This document shows, piece by piece, positions 1 to 9,905 of a DNA stretch of 64,000 nucleotides (position 1 is the stretch's first letter; every line of letters starts with the position of its first letter). This DNA is from an uncultured Clostridia bacterium (GTDB lineage Bacteria; Bacillota; Clostridia; TANB77; CAG-508), in NCBI GenBank assembly GCA_934162255.1, contig CAKPIG010000002.1, positions 21,938-85,937 of the forward strand, given 5' to 3'. The notes under the pieces are model-generated. The model made no database searches, had not been told where the DNA came from, and saw nothing but the letters and a program-made list of their open reading frames with translations. The translations under genes were made by a program, and so were the position numbers.

Positions 1-70
1 TTTGTTATGTGAGGTAGGAGTGCTGCTCAGCATATCGAGAGCAAGTATAAAACAATAAAAGGAGAACTAA

Positions 71-1201
71 ATGAGAGTAATAATAGCAGCTGCAGGTACT
101 GCAGGTCATATAAACCCAGGATTAGCAATAGCTAATAAAATAAAAGAAGAAGAACAAAATTCAGAAATAATATTTATAGGAACAACAAGAGGCCTTGAAA
201 ATGATTTAGTTCCTAGAGCTGGGTATGAAGTAAAAACAATAGAGGCATATGGATTAAGTAAAGAAATATCAATAAGTAATTTAAAAAAAATATATAAAAC
301 ACTAACTGCAACAGGAAAAGCTAGAAAGATAATAAAACAATTCAAACCAGACATTGTAATAGGGGCAGGAGGATATATATGTGGACCAGTAGTATGGGCT
401 GCTAAAAAAGAAAAAATACCAGTTGTATTACATGAAAGTAATGCGTTTCCAGGCAAGGCAGTAAAAATGTTGGCATCTAAAGCAGATACAGTATTAATTT
501 CTTTTGAAGAGGCGAGAAATAGAATACCAAAGGCTAAAAACATTGTCTTTACAGGAACTCCTGTAAAAATAAAAAAACAAAATTATACAAAAGAAGAAAA
601 AAATAAAATTTTGAACAATGAAAACTTAAGTTCAGATTTACCAATAGTATTAGTGTTTGGAGGAAGTCAAGGAGCTCAGAAAATCAATGAAGCAATAATA
701 GGAATATTAGAAAATAACCAAAATAAAGATTATCAAATTATGTGGGCAACAGGACCAAAACAATATGAAATAATAAAGCAAGAACTAAAAAATAAAAATA
801 TAGATATAGAAAAAGTTAAAAATGCAAAAATAGTACCATACATATATAATATGGAAGAAGTGATGAATATATCTGATATAATAGTTGCAAGAAGTGGAGC
901 AATGACTATAACTGAAATTTCAAATTTAGGTAAGCCATCAATTTTGATACCATTACCAAATGTAAGTCAAGACCATCAACTTTATAATGCAAAAGTATTA
1001 GAAAATATCGGAGCTGCTAACATTATATTAAATAATGAATTAAATAACGAAAATCTTTCTGAAACAATAGAAAAAATAGTAAATGATAATAAACTAATGA
1101 AAAATATGGGAGAAAAGGCTTATTCAAAGTCTGTTCATAATGTTCAAGAAAAAATTTATAAAGAGATAAAAAAAGTGACAAAAGGTGATAATAAATGTTA
1201 G
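71..1201 (+). CDS. murG: MurG, undecaprenyldiphospho-muramoylpentapeptide beta-N-acetylglucosaminyltransferase
   Basis: 376-aa ORF. N-terminal AAGTAGHINPG loop plus GGSQGA and ARSGAMTITE motifs typical of GT28 MurG. AAGGAG RBS upstream. Confidence 0.9.
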   Translation: MRVIIAAAGTAGHINPGLAIANKIKEEEQNSEIIFIGTTRGLENDLVPRAGYEVKTIEAYGLSKEISISNLKKIYKTLTATGKARKIIKQFKPDIVIGAGGYICGPVVWAAKKEKIPVVLHESNAFPGKAVKMLASKADTVLISFEEARNRIPKAKNIVFTGTPVKIKKQNYTKEEKNKILNNENLSSDLPIVLVFGGSQGAQKINEAIIGILENNQNKDYQIMWATGPKQYEIIKQELKNKNIDIEKVKNAKIVPYIYNMEEVMNISDIIVARSGAMTITEISNLGKPSILIPLPNVSQDHQLYNAKVLENIGAANIILNNELNNENLSETIEKIVNDNKLMKNMGEKAYSKSVHNVQEKIYKEIKKVTKGDNKC

Positions 1202-2388
1202 GAAAAATACAAACAACAGTATTAATAGTATTGATTGATGCAATTGTTTTAATTATAAGTATCATATTAATAAAAAAATATCTAAAAAAGAAGATGATGT
1301 ACCCTAAAACAAGGCTCATAAGAGGAGCAGGAGTTACAAATGACGATTTAGATATAAATAATAGTATATTTTTACACATGACAGATGGTATAATTGCATT
1401 TGATAGAGAAGGAAAAATAATTCTTATAAATCCAGCTGCTCAAAAATTGTTAAATGTACTACCTGAACATACAAGTTTTGACGATATATTTGGAAAATTT
1501 CACTTAAACATTAATCTAGAAAAAATTATATATCTAGAAAATTGGACAACAACAGAAGAAAGATTCCAAATTGAAGATAGGTTTGTAAACACATATTTTG
1601 CACCATTTAAAAAAGAAAATGATAAAACAGTTGGTGTTATTGTTGTAATACAAGATATAACAGAACATGTAAAACTTGACAACATGAGAAAAGAATTTAT
1701 TGCAGATGTATCACATGAGTTAAAAACTCCGATAACATCAATAATGGGATATGCAGATACTCTACTAGAAGAAGAATATGATAAAGAAACACAGAGCAAA
1801 TTCTTAAATGTTATTGCAACAGAAGCAAGGAGAATGGCAAAACTTGTTACAGACTTATTAACACTTTCTAAAAATGATAATGATAATACAAATATTCAAA
1901 AAGAATTATTTGATTTAGGGGAACTAGTAAAAAAATGTCAGGACAAGCTTGCAATAGAAATAAAGAGAAAAAATCATGAAGTAAAATGCTTTGTTACTGC
2001 AGATGTACCACCAGTATATGCAGATAAAGATGATATAGAAAGAGTAGTATTAAATATATTAACAAACAGTATTAAATATACAAAAGAAAATGGAGAAATT
2101 AAGATATATGTGGGATTTGTATATAATGATGCATATATTAAAATTTTTGATAATGGGATAGGTATTCCAGAAGAAGATTTATCAAGAATATTTGAAAGAT
2201 TTTATAGAGTAGATAAGGCACGTAGCAGAGAAATGGGAGGCACAGGTTTAGGTCTATCAATTGCGAAAGATTTACTTGATAGGAATAGTGGAAGCATAGA
2301 TATAAAAAGTGAAGTTGGAAAAGGAACAGAAGTTGTTATAAAAATTCCAACAAAAGTCATTGAAAAAAGTAGTAGTAATAAGGTATAA
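1195..2388 (+). CDS. sensor histidine kinase (TM, PAS, HisKA, HATPase_c); no adjacent response regulator
   Basis: H-box SHELKTPITSIMGYADTL, N/G1 box DNGIGIPEEDLSRIFERFYRVD and G2 box GGTGLGLSIAKDL. N-terminal TM helix. Overlaps the murG stop. Confidence 0.85.
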   Translation: MLGKIQTTVLIVLIDAIVLIISIILIKKYLKKKMMYPKTRLIRGAGVTNDDLDINNSIFLHMTDGIIAFDREGKIILINPAAQKLLNVLPEHTSFDDIFGKFHLNINLEKIIYLENWTTTEERFQIEDRFVNTYFAPFKKENDKTVGVIVVIQDITEHVKLDNMRKEFIADVSHELKTPITSIMGYADTLLEEEYDKETQSKFLNVIATEARRMAKLVTDLLTLSKNDNDNTNIQKELFDLGELVKKCQDKLAIEIKRKNHEVKCFVTADVPPVYADKDDIERVVLNILTNSIKYTKENGEIKIYVGFVYNDAYIKIFDNGIGIPEEDLSRIFERFYRVDKARSREMGGTGLGLSIAKDLLDRNSGSIDIKSEVGKGTEVVIKIPTKVIEKSSSNKV

Positions 2389-2411
2389 TATATAAATGAA
2401 AGGAAGAAAAG

Positions 2412-3065
2412 ATGAAATCAAAATTTAGAGAAATAATAGAATGGCTAGTATGTATAATAATTGCTGTAGTACTAGCATTAATAGTAAGATATTATATAGG
2501 AACACCAACAATAGTACAACAAACATCAATGATGCCAACATTACATCCTGATGAGAGACTTTGGTTAAGTAGATGGTCAAGAACAATAAAAAAATTACCA
2601 GAAAGAGGAGATATAATTACATTTGAAGCTCCAAGCATAACAAAAATTCCAAGAGAAACAGTTGATTTAAGTAATCCAGTAGCAGTATATAATACTGAAC
2701 CACAAGGATTTTTTAAAAAGTTTGCATACTACGTTTTAGAAACAAATAAAAAAAGCTATATAAAAAGAGCTATAGGCTTACCTGGGGATTATGTTGAAAT
2801 AAAAGATGGTGGAGTATATATAAATGGTGAAAAACTAGAAGAAAACTATTTACCAAGTGGAGTTGTAACAGATATGATAGATGGAAGTAGAGGAGAAAAT
2901 TATTTTAATAACTTTACTGTTCCAGAAAATTATGTATTTGCAATGGGAGATAATAGAACAGGAAGTACAGATTGTAGATCTTTTGGATGTATACCATTAG
3001 AAAAGATTGAGGGAAAAGTGTTGTTTAGATTTTGGCCTTTATCAAAATTTGGAGGAGTAAAATAA
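2412..3065 (+). CDS. lepB: signal peptidase I
   Basis: N-terminal TM helix, catalytic Ser box SMMPTL, RAIGLPGD and GDNRTGSTDCR boxes. Confidence 0.85.
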   Translation: MKSKFREIIEWLVCIIIAVVLALIVRYYIGTPTIVQQTSMMPTLHPDERLWLSRWSRTIKKLPERGDIITFEAPSITKIPRETVDLSNPVAVYNTEPQGFFKKFAYYVLETNKKSYIKRAIGLPGDYVEIKDGGVYINGEKLEENYLPSGVVTDMIDGSRGENYFNNFTVPENYVFAMGDNRTGSTDCRSFGCIPLEKIEGKVLFRFWPLSKFGGVK

Positions 3066-3068
3066 CAA

Positions 3069-3980
3069 TTGTTTGAGCAAATAATAGGAAATAAAAGAAA
3101 CAAAGAAATATTAGAAAAAACTATAAAAATAAACAAAGTGTCACATAGCTATGTATTTTGGGGAACAGAAGGAATTGGAAAAAAATTAATAGCAAAAGAA
3201 TTTGCTAAAAACATATTATGTTTGACAAAGCAAATGAGCAATTGTGGATGTAAATCTTGTATAGAATTTGACTCTGATAATAATCCTGATTTTATACTTA
3301 TAGAATCAGAAGAAGGAAAAATAAAAATAGAAAAAATAAGAGAATTACAAAGAAAATTAGCAGAAAAGCCAATTATATCAAATAATAAAGTTTATATAAT
3401 TGATAATGCAGACACAATGACAACAGAAGCACAAAACTGTCTATTAAAAACACTTGAAGAACCACCAGAATATTTAACTATAATATTAATATGTACAAAT
3501 GAAGATGGTCTATTAGGAACAATAAAATCAAGATGTACAAGAATTCATTTTGAGAATTTGACAGAAAAAGAAGTTAAAGAATATCTAGAAAGCAAAAATG
3601 AAACGAATATAAGCAAAAATGTATTAGAACTAGCTCAAGGTAGTATTGGAAAAATTGAGAGGGTAAAAGAAAATCCAGATACATATGAAAACATAGAAAA
3701 AATATTATTGCAAATGGGAAACAAGGATTTATTAGAAGTAATTGATTTAGCGGAAGTTATATATAAATCAAAAGAAGAAATAAATTTAATATTGGAATAC
3801 ATGAATGTTATTTTATTAAGATTAGCAAAAGAAAATATTAAATATATAAAATGTATAGCAATAGTAGAAGAAACAAAAAAAAGATTAAAAGCAAATAGTA
3901 ATTATGACATGAGTATAGATAACATGTTGTTTAACATATGGGAGGAAATTAATGAAAAGAATAGTAGGAGTCAGATTTAA
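3069..3980 (+). CDS. holB: DNA polymerase III delta-prime subunit
   Basis: TTG start. GxxGIGKK P-loop-like segment, Cys-rich zinc module (CGCKSCIEF) and the IIDNADTMTTEAQNCLLKTLEEPP clamp-loader box. Confidence 0.8.
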   Translation: MFEQIIGNKRNKEILEKTIKINKVSHSYVFWGTEGIGKKLIAKEFAKNILCLTKQMSNCGCKSCIEFDSDNNPDFILIESEEGKIKIEKIRELQRKLAEKPIISNNKVYIIDNADTMTTEAQNCLLKTLEEPPEYLTIILICTNEDGLLGTIKSRCTRIHFENLTEKEVKEYLESKNETNISKNVLELAQGSIGKIERVKENPDTYENIEKILLQMGNKDLLEVIDLAEVIYKSKEEINLILEYMNVILLRLAKENIKYIKCIAIVEETKKRLKANSNYDMSIDNMLFNIWEEINEKNSRSQI

Positions 3981-4869
3981 GAGATTAGGAAAAATATACT
4001 TTTTTGACCCAAAATGGTTAGAAGTACAAAAAGGAGAATACGTAATAGTTGATACAGCACAAGGAGAAGAAATAGCAGAAGTAGTAGTTCCAAATAGAAT
4101 GATTGAAGAGGAAAAAATAGTATCACCATTAAAAAAGGTATTAAGATTAGCATCTGAAAAAGACTTAAAACATGAAAAAGAATGCAGAAAAAAGGAAAGA
4201 GAAGCATTTGAGTTTTGCAATAAAAAAATAAAAGAACACAAATTAGATATGACATTAACAGATGTTGAATATAAATTTGACAATAGTAAGATTTTGTTTT
4301 ACTTTACAGCAGATGGAAGAGTTGATTTTAGAGAATTAGTAAAAGATTTAGCCGCAACATATAAGACCAGAATTGAACTAAGACAAATTGGTGTAAGAGA
4401 TGAAGTAAAAAGAATCGGTGGAAATGGTGTATGTGGAAGAGAATTATGTTGTTGTTCATTTTTAAGAGATTTCGAAACAGTATCAATAAAAATGGCAAAG
4501 GAACAGAATTTATCACTAAATCCATCTAAGATATCAGGAAATTGTGGGAGACTAATGTGTTGCTTAAAATATGAACAAGAAGTATATGAAGAAAAATTAA
4601 AAAGGTTACCTAATGTAGGCGCTATAGTAAAAACACCTGATGGAAAAGGAGAGGTAGATAGTGTTGAAACACTAAAAGAAATCATAAGAGTTAAATTTAA
4701 AGATAATGATATATACAATTATAAAAAATATAAAGTAGAAGACGTAAAAGTAATTAAAGATGCATTAAAAGAACAACAAAATGAAGAAGAAAAAGAATAT
4801 CAAAAAGAGTTAAAAGAATTAGAAAATCTAGGGAAGAAAGATTCAGAAATAAAAAGCAATGAAAAATAA
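3952..4869 (+). CDS. yaaT: PSP1-domain stage 0 sporulation protein YaaT/RicT
   Basis: PSP1 C-terminal pattern RIELRQIGVRDEVKRIGGNGVCGRELCCCSFL...GNCGRLMCCLKYE. Conserved position after holB. Confidence 0.8.
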   Translation: MKRIVGVRFKRLGKIYFFDPKWLEVQKGEYVIVDTAQGEEIAEVVVPNRMIEEEKIVSPLKKVLRLASEKDLKHEKECRKKEREAFEFCNKKIKEHKLDMTLTDVEYKFDNSKILFYFTADGRVDFRELVKDLAATYKTRIELRQIGVRDEVKRIGGNGVCGRELCCCSFLRDFETVSIKMAKEQNLSLNPSKISGNCGRLMCCLKYEQEVYEEKLKRLPNVGAIVKTPDGKGEVDSVETLKEIIRVKFKDNDIYNYKKYKVEDVKVIKDALKEQQNEEEKEYQKELKELENLGKKDSEIKSNEK

Positions 4870-4888
4870 TTGAGAGGTGGTGATAAAA

Positions 4889-5062
4889 ATGGCATATAAA
4901 ATACAATGTGATAAATGCATAAGCTGTGGAGCATGTGCTGCCAATTGTCCTGTTGAATGTATATCACAAGGAGAAAGCTGTTATGTTATCGATAGTTCAG
5001 CATGTATAAGTTGTGGAACATGTGCAGGAGTTTGTCCAGTAGAAGCTCCTATTGAGGAATAA
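4889..5062 (+). CDS. 2x[4Fe-4S] ferredoxin
   Basis: Two CxxCxxCxxxCP motifs (CISCGACAANCP, CISCGTCAGVCP). ATG at 4889 follows a GAGGTGG RBS; the GTG at 4877 in the ORF track lies inside that RBS. Confidence 0.85.
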   Translation: MAYKIQCDKCISCGACAANCPVECISQGESCYVIDSSACISCGTCAGVCPVEAPIEE

Positions 5063-5067
5063 AAATT

Positions 5068-5100
5068 AAGCAAGAATTTTAAATTCTTGCTATTTTTTTT
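5068..5100 (+). terminator. rho-independent terminator after ferredoxin
   Basis: Palindrome GCAAGAATTTTAAATTCTTGC followed by TATTTTTTTT. Confidence 0.75.
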
Positions 5101-5124
5101 ACCTTTTATGAATATTATATAAGG

Positions 5125-5457
5125 GTGATGAAAATGTTTTTTAGGAGAAGATGTTACAGAACATATGAAAGTAAAAAAATAAATAAAAATGAATTAATAG
5201 AAAAAATAAATCAAGGAGCAATTTTACTTGATGTAAGAAGTATACAGGAATATAATGAAGGGCATTTGAATGGAGCTATCAATATACCTGAACATGAGAT
5301 TGAAAGAACAGTTGAACAAATAATACCTAAAAAAAATCAATTAATAGTTATATATTGTCAATGTGGAAGTAGAAGTATAAAAGCATATAATAAAATGAAA
5401 AACAAAGGTTATACTAACATATATGAACTAACTGGTGGGTTAAATGCTTTGATATAA
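5125..5457 (+). CDS. rhodanese-domain sulfurtransferase
   Basis: LLDVRSIQEYNEGHLNGAINIP and active-site loop YCQCGSRS. Confidence 0.8.
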   Translation: MMKMFFRRRCYRTYESKKINKNELIEKINQGAILLDVRSIQEYNEGHLNGAINIPEHEIERTVEQIIPKKNQLIVIYCQCGSRSIKAYNKMKNKGYTNIYELTGGLNALI

Positions 5458-5538
5458 GCAAAAAAAGGTAATAGCAATTTTTCAAGTTCTATTATCTTTT
5501 TTTATTAATATAATAATATAAAGGGAGGAAACTAACAT

Positions 5539-5916
5539 ATGGAAACTGAAGAAAGAAAAGCATATATTTATATAATAAAAGGCGTAATAATATCTATAAT
5601 TACAACAATAATATTATTATTCATTTTCTCAGTAATATTAACATATACAAATTTAAGCGAGAAAATGACAACGCCATTTATAATTGTTATAACGGCATTA
5701 AGTATATTTATAGGAAGTTCTTTAGGAAATATAAAAATAAAAAGACATGGATTATTAAATGGTGCAATAATAGGAGCAGTTTATCTTATATTCATATATT
5801 TAATATCAGGAATAATAAATAAAACATTTACATTAAATATTCAATCAATAATATTAATAATATCAAGCATGATTTGTGGAATGATTGGAGGAATAATAGG
5901 AATAAACAAGAAATAA
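5539..5916 (+). CDS. small multi-pass membrane protein (TIGR04086/YrzE-like)
   Basis: 125 aa with four hydrophobic helices. GGAGG RBS. Family assignment is from recollection of the motif only. Confidence 0.55.
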   Translation: METEERKAYIYIIKGVIISIITTIILLFIFSVILTYTNLSEKMTTPFIIVITALSIFIGSSLGNIKIKRHGLLNGAIIGAVYLIFIYLISGIINKTFTLNIQSIILIISSMICGMIGGIIGINKK

Positions 5917-5995
5917 ATGTAAAAAACTAAAAAAATAGTTGATATTTTAAAAAAATTAGGGTAAAATCTATAAAGACCAATAAAGGAGGCATATA

Positions 5996-6655
5996 ATGAT
6001 AACTTTAGAAGATGTAAAATTAAATGAAGAAGTGCAAGCATTTATAAATGCATCACAAAAACAATTAAATGCACTAGGATATACAGAACATTCATATAGG
6101 CACATTGGAATAGTTTCAAAAAGAACAGAGGAAATATTGAGAAAATTAGGATATGATGAAAAAACTATTGAATTAGGAAAAATTGCAGGATATTTACATG
6201 ATATAGGAAACTGTATAAATAGAGTAGATCATGCACACAGTGGAGCAATCTTAGCAAATAATATATTAAAAGAAATGGGAATGTCAGCAGAAGATAGAAC
6301 AGAGATTGTAATGGCAATAGGAAATCATGATGAAAACACAGGAACAGCAGTCAGTGTAATATCAGCAGCATTAATATTAGCAGATAAATCAGATGTTCAT
6401 AGAGATAGAGTGGTAAATAATAACATGTCCACATTTGACATACACGATAGAGTAAATTATGCAGTTACAAATGCAGAACTAAAAATAGATGAAAAAGCAA
6501 GAAAAATAGTATTAGACTTAACAATAGATACACAAATATGTCCTGTACTAGACTATTTTGAGATATTTATGGAAAGAACAATGATGAGTAAATATGCAGC
6601 AAAATTTTTAAAAATATGGTTTGAAATAGTCATAAATGGAACGAAATTATTATAA
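5996..6655 (+). CDS. HD-domain phosphohydrolase
   Basis: H...HD metal-binding pattern (HSYRHIG, YLHDIGN, GNHD). Confidence 0.75.
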   Translation: MITLEDVKLNEEVQAFINASQKQLNALGYTEHSYRHIGIVSKRTEEILRKLGYDEKTIELGKIAGYLHDIGNCINRVDHAHSGAILANNILKEMGMSAEDRTEIVMAIGNHDENTGTAVSVISAALILADKSDVHRDRVVNNNMSTFDIHDRVNYAVTNAELKIDEKARKIVLDLTIDTQICPVLDYFEIFMERTMMSKYAAKFLKIWFEIVINGTKLL

Positions 6656-6678
6656 TATAGGAAGGAACTGAATAAAAA

Positions 6679-7992
6679 ATGAGAAGAGTAAAAATATTAA
6701 CAATAACATTAGCAATAATCCTAGTAACATTAATAGCATTTGTAGGGATATATGCTCAAAATCAAAACAGAATGGAAGACATAGTAAAAGACTATTCTTT
6801 AGGAAGAGAATTAAGTAGAGAAAGAGTAATTGAATTAAAAGTAAAAGAATCTGATGGAACAGAAGAAATATCACAAGAGGAAAAAGAAAAAAATTATGAA
6901 ACAGTAAAGAAGACAATCGAAAAAAGATTAAAGAAATTAAAAGCAGACGATTATACAATATCATTAAATAAAGAAAATGGTACAATTAGAGTAGAGTTAG
7001 CAGAGAACAGTAATACAGATGCATATGCATATTACTTGACACTTGATGAAAAAGTTAAAATAAAAGAAAAAGATGCAGAAACAGAATTGTTAAATGATCA
7101 AATGGTAAAAGGTGCTCAATATACATATGTAGCAAATTCAGAGAACAAATATCAAGTATATTTAGATATTGAACTAACAAAAGAAGGACAAGCTAAAATA
7201 GAAGAAATATCAAATAATTATGCAATATTAAAAGATGATATTGATAATTTAGATTCAAGTAATGAAACAGAAAACACAGAAAATACTGAAGAGAATCAAA
7301 ATAAAACAGAGACAAAAAAAGCAGCAGTATTAAGTATTGGTGGTACAGATTATAATGTAGTAAAAATTGAAAAAGGAAAAATTAGAGTAGCAATAGGAAC
7401 AGAAACAGCAAATAGTAAAACAGTAAATAGCAATCTTCAAAGTGCTGCAGAAATGGCATCATTAATAGATGCAGGTAGATATCCTACAGAATATGAAATA
7501 GAAAATAATAGAATGACATATTCAGATATAACAAAAGAACAAATAACAACATTCATTATAATAGTAGCTATTATATTATTAGTAATACTAATAGGACTTT
7601 GTATAAGATATAAAGTAGCAGGAATATTAAGTAGTATAGCATTTATTGGATTTATATCAACATTCACATTACTTCTAAGATATACAAATGTACTAATATC
7701 AATAGAAGGAATTGGTGCTATATTAATTATATTAATAGTTAATTTAATCATAAATAAAAAAATACTACAAAAAACAGAAAAAATAAACATGATTAATGAA
7801 GCAATAAACAGTACATATAAAGAAATGTTCTTAAAACTAATACCATTAATGATAATTGCATTAGTATTTAGCATTGCAGGATGGGCTAACTTAAGTAGTT
7901 TTGGAATGATAATGTTCTGGGGATTAATTCTAACAGTAGTTTATAATCTTATAATAACAAAAACATTGTTAAAACTAAAAGAGAATAAATAG
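6679..7992 (+). CDS. SecD-like membrane protein (divergent)
   Basis: N-terminal TM, periplasmic-head-like segments (LGRELSRERVIELKV resembles the LGLDLxGG box; TIEKRLKKL...IRVELAE) and a C-terminal multi-TM block. Canonical acidic residues of the VDANV/FERIREE box are not seen. Confidence 0.5.
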   Translation: MRRVKILTITLAIILVTLIAFVGIYAQNQNRMEDIVKDYSLGRELSRERVIELKVKESDGTEEISQEEKEKNYETVKKTIEKRLKKLKADDYTISLNKENGTIRVELAENSNTDAYAYYLTLDEKVKIKEKDAETELLNDQMVKGAQYTYVANSENKYQVYLDIELTKEGQAKIEEISNNYAILKDDIDNLDSSNETENTENTEENQNKTETKKAAVLSIGGTDYNVVKIEKGKIRVAIGTETANSKTVNSNLQSAAEMASLIDAGRYPTEYEIENNRMTYSDITKEQITTFIIIVAIILLVILIGLCIRYKVAGILSSIAFIGFISTFTLLLRYTNVLISIEGIGAILIILIVNLIINKKILQKTEKINMINEAINSTYKEMFLKLIPLMIIALVFSIAGWANLSSFGMIMFWGLILTVVYNLIITKTLLKLKENK

Positions 7993-8002
7993 GAGGCAAT
8001 AA

Positions 8003-8629
8003 ATGAAACAATTAACAGAAAAAAACAGAAAAATAATAATTAGTATAATTATTGCTATAATTCTTATAGGAATAGTAGTAACTGTAGCATTAGGATTTAA
8101 CAAAGAACTAAAATATAAAAATTCACAAAGAATAGATATATCTATAGAAACAGAAGTCGACAGAAAAAAAGTAAAAGAAATAGCAAATGAGGTATTAGGA
8201 AAAAATAACATGGTAGAAACAATAGAAATATATCAAGACCTAATATCAATTAGAGCAGAAAAAATAACAGATGAACAAAAAGAAAGCATAATATCAAAAC
8301 TTAAAGAAAATTATGAATTTAAACAAACAGCTGAAGATACAGAAATAGTAGATGTATCTGAAACTAGAATTGTAGATATGTATAAAAAATATGTAGTACC
8401 ATTTTGTATATCAGGAGTTTTAATATTAGTATATATGGTAATAAGATATTACAAAAAAGGAATACTAAAAGTTCTTGCTAGAACAATAGCAATTCCTGTA
8501 ATTGGAGAACTATTTTTACTAAGTATTATTACTATTACAAGAATACCACTAGGAAGATTTACACCAGTGCTAGTAATATGTACATATATAGCAACTATTG
8601 CAATAGTAATAAGAGAAAATGAAAAATAA
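8003..8629 (+). CDS. SecF-like membrane protein (short, divergent)
   Basis: Adjacent to the SecD-like gene. TM1 plus a small ferredoxin-like head, then three TM helices ending in IRENEK (compare the SecF DRIREN box). Only 208 aa. Confidence 0.45.
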   Translation: MKQLTEKNRKIIISIIIAIILIGIVVTVALGFNKELKYKNSQRIDISIETEVDRKKVKEIANEVLGKNNMVETIEIYQDLISIRAEKITDEQKESIISKLKENYEFKQTAEDTEIVDVSETRIVDMYKKYVVPFCISGVLILVYMVIRYYKKGILKVLARTIAIPVIGELFLLSIITITRIPLGRFTPVLVICTYIATIAIVIRENEK

Positions 8630-8696
8630 ACACAAGAAGACTATTTTAGGGAAGACTTAAAATAGTCTTTTAGTAAATAGAAAGGAAGTAATAATT

Positions 8697-9188
8697 ATGG
8701 AAAAAAGAAAAGGTTATATAAGTTGGGATGAATATTTTATGGCAATTGCAAAACTATCAGCAATGAGAAGTAAAGATCCAAATACACAAGTTGGAGCATG
8801 TATAGTAAGTAGTGACAACAGAATATTGTCAATAGGTTACAATGGAGCGCCAAATGGATTTGATGATGAAAAATTTCCATGGGGAAGAGAAGGAGAAAAT
8901 TTAAGTACAAAATATCCATATGTATGTCATGCAGAAATGAATGCAATATTAAATTATAGAGGAAGTAAAAAAGATTTAGAAAATGCAAAAATATATGTAG
9001 ATTTATTCCCGTGCAATGAATGTGCAAAAATCATTATTCAATCAGGGATAAAAGAAATAGTATATTTATCAGATAAATATGCAAATTCAGAAAATAATAT
9101 AGCATCAAGGAGACTATTTGATGAATGTGGAGTTACATATAAAAAATTAATTTTAGACGAATCAAAAGAAATTACTATAGATTTGTAA
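8697..9188 (+). CDS. deoxycytidylate (dCMP) deaminase, ComEB family
   Basis: Zinc-binding CDA motifs HAEMNAI and PCNECAK. Confidence 0.85.
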   Translation: MEKRKGYISWDEYFMAIAKLSAMRSKDPNTQVGACIVSSDNRILSIGYNGAPNGFDDEKFPWGREGENLSTKYPYVCHAEMNAILNYRGSKKDLENAKIYVDLFPCNECAKIIIQSGIKEIVYLSDKYANSENNIASRRLFDECGVTYKKLILDESKEITIDL

Positions 9189-9215
9189 AAAAATGCAAGA
9201 AATATTTTAAAACTA

Positions 9216-9244
9216 TTGACATAACTGGAAAAACATTATATAAT
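9216..9244 (+). promoter_or_regulatory. sigma-A type promoter of the S10 operon
   Basis: Perfect TTGACA (9216..9221), 17-nt spacer, perfect TATAAT (9239..9244). Confidence 0.75.
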
Positions 9245-9506
9245 AGATGAGCATGAATTGAGCGTTGAAGCTGAATGTGGCTACATTCTTACGGATGGAG
9301 GGAACTTCAGTGGAGTATGTCTTGGCTAGACCAGGCGGTAAGTTAAAAAGTAGTTATAAAATTACAATACAAAAAGCACTTATCCCAGAATCACCATGCG
9401 AATTTTTGGGATTTTAAAATGGGTAAAAGCAAAACACCCGGATGTGTTATGACTTGCCAACGCGTAATTTAAAAATTATATTATTATTTAAGGAGGGAAA
9501 ATTACA
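9245..9506 (+). promoter_or_regulatory. long structured 5' leader (or separate small RNA) upstream of rpsJ, family unassigned
   Basis: About 260 nt, visibly more G+C-rich than its surroundings. Hairpins include GAATGT-GGCT-ACATTC (9273..9288) and a 9-bp stem at 9382..9390/9404..9412 followed by a short U tract. Confidence 0.35.
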
Positions 9507-9830
9507 ATGGCAAAAACAGTTGTATCAAGTGAAAAAATTAGAATAAGACTAAAAGCTTATGACCATGTAGTTTTAGATCAGTCTGCTGAAAAGATAGTAG
9601 ATACTGCTAAAAAGACAGGAGCAAAAGTATCAGGTCCTATTCCACTACCAACACAAAAAGAAATCGTAACAATTTTACGTTCACCACACAAACACAAAGA
9701 TTCAAGAGAACAATTTGAAATGAGAACACATAAAAGAGTTATAGATATTCTTTACCCAACACAAAAAACAATGGATAGTTTAATGAAACTAGAACTACCA
9801 GCAGGTGTTGACATAGAAATCAAAAACTAG
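9507..9830 (+). CDS. rpsJ: 30S ribosomal protein S10
   Basis: [10 protein letters not shown]...SGPIPLPT signature. First gene of the S10 cluster. Confidence 0.97.
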   Translation: MAKTVVSSEKIRIRLKAYDHVVLDQSAEKIVDTAKKTGAKVSGPIPLPTQKEIVTILRSPHKHKDSREQFEMRTHKRVIDILYPTQKTMDSLMKLELPAGVDIEIKN

Positions 9831-9905
9831 TTTCAAATATATAAAAATTAAAATCGAAAACCACGCTGATAATTAGCAGATCAGCCAATAGGAGGAGAAA
9901 GAAAA

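Noticed and set aside
9245-9420. SRP RNA, 6S RNA or a T-box in the rpsJ upstream region.
   Set aside because: I could not find the SRP domain IV consensus (GGAA tetraloop/AGCA loops), a T-box sequence or specifier context, or 6S-like long imperfect duplex symmetry. The region is left unassigned.
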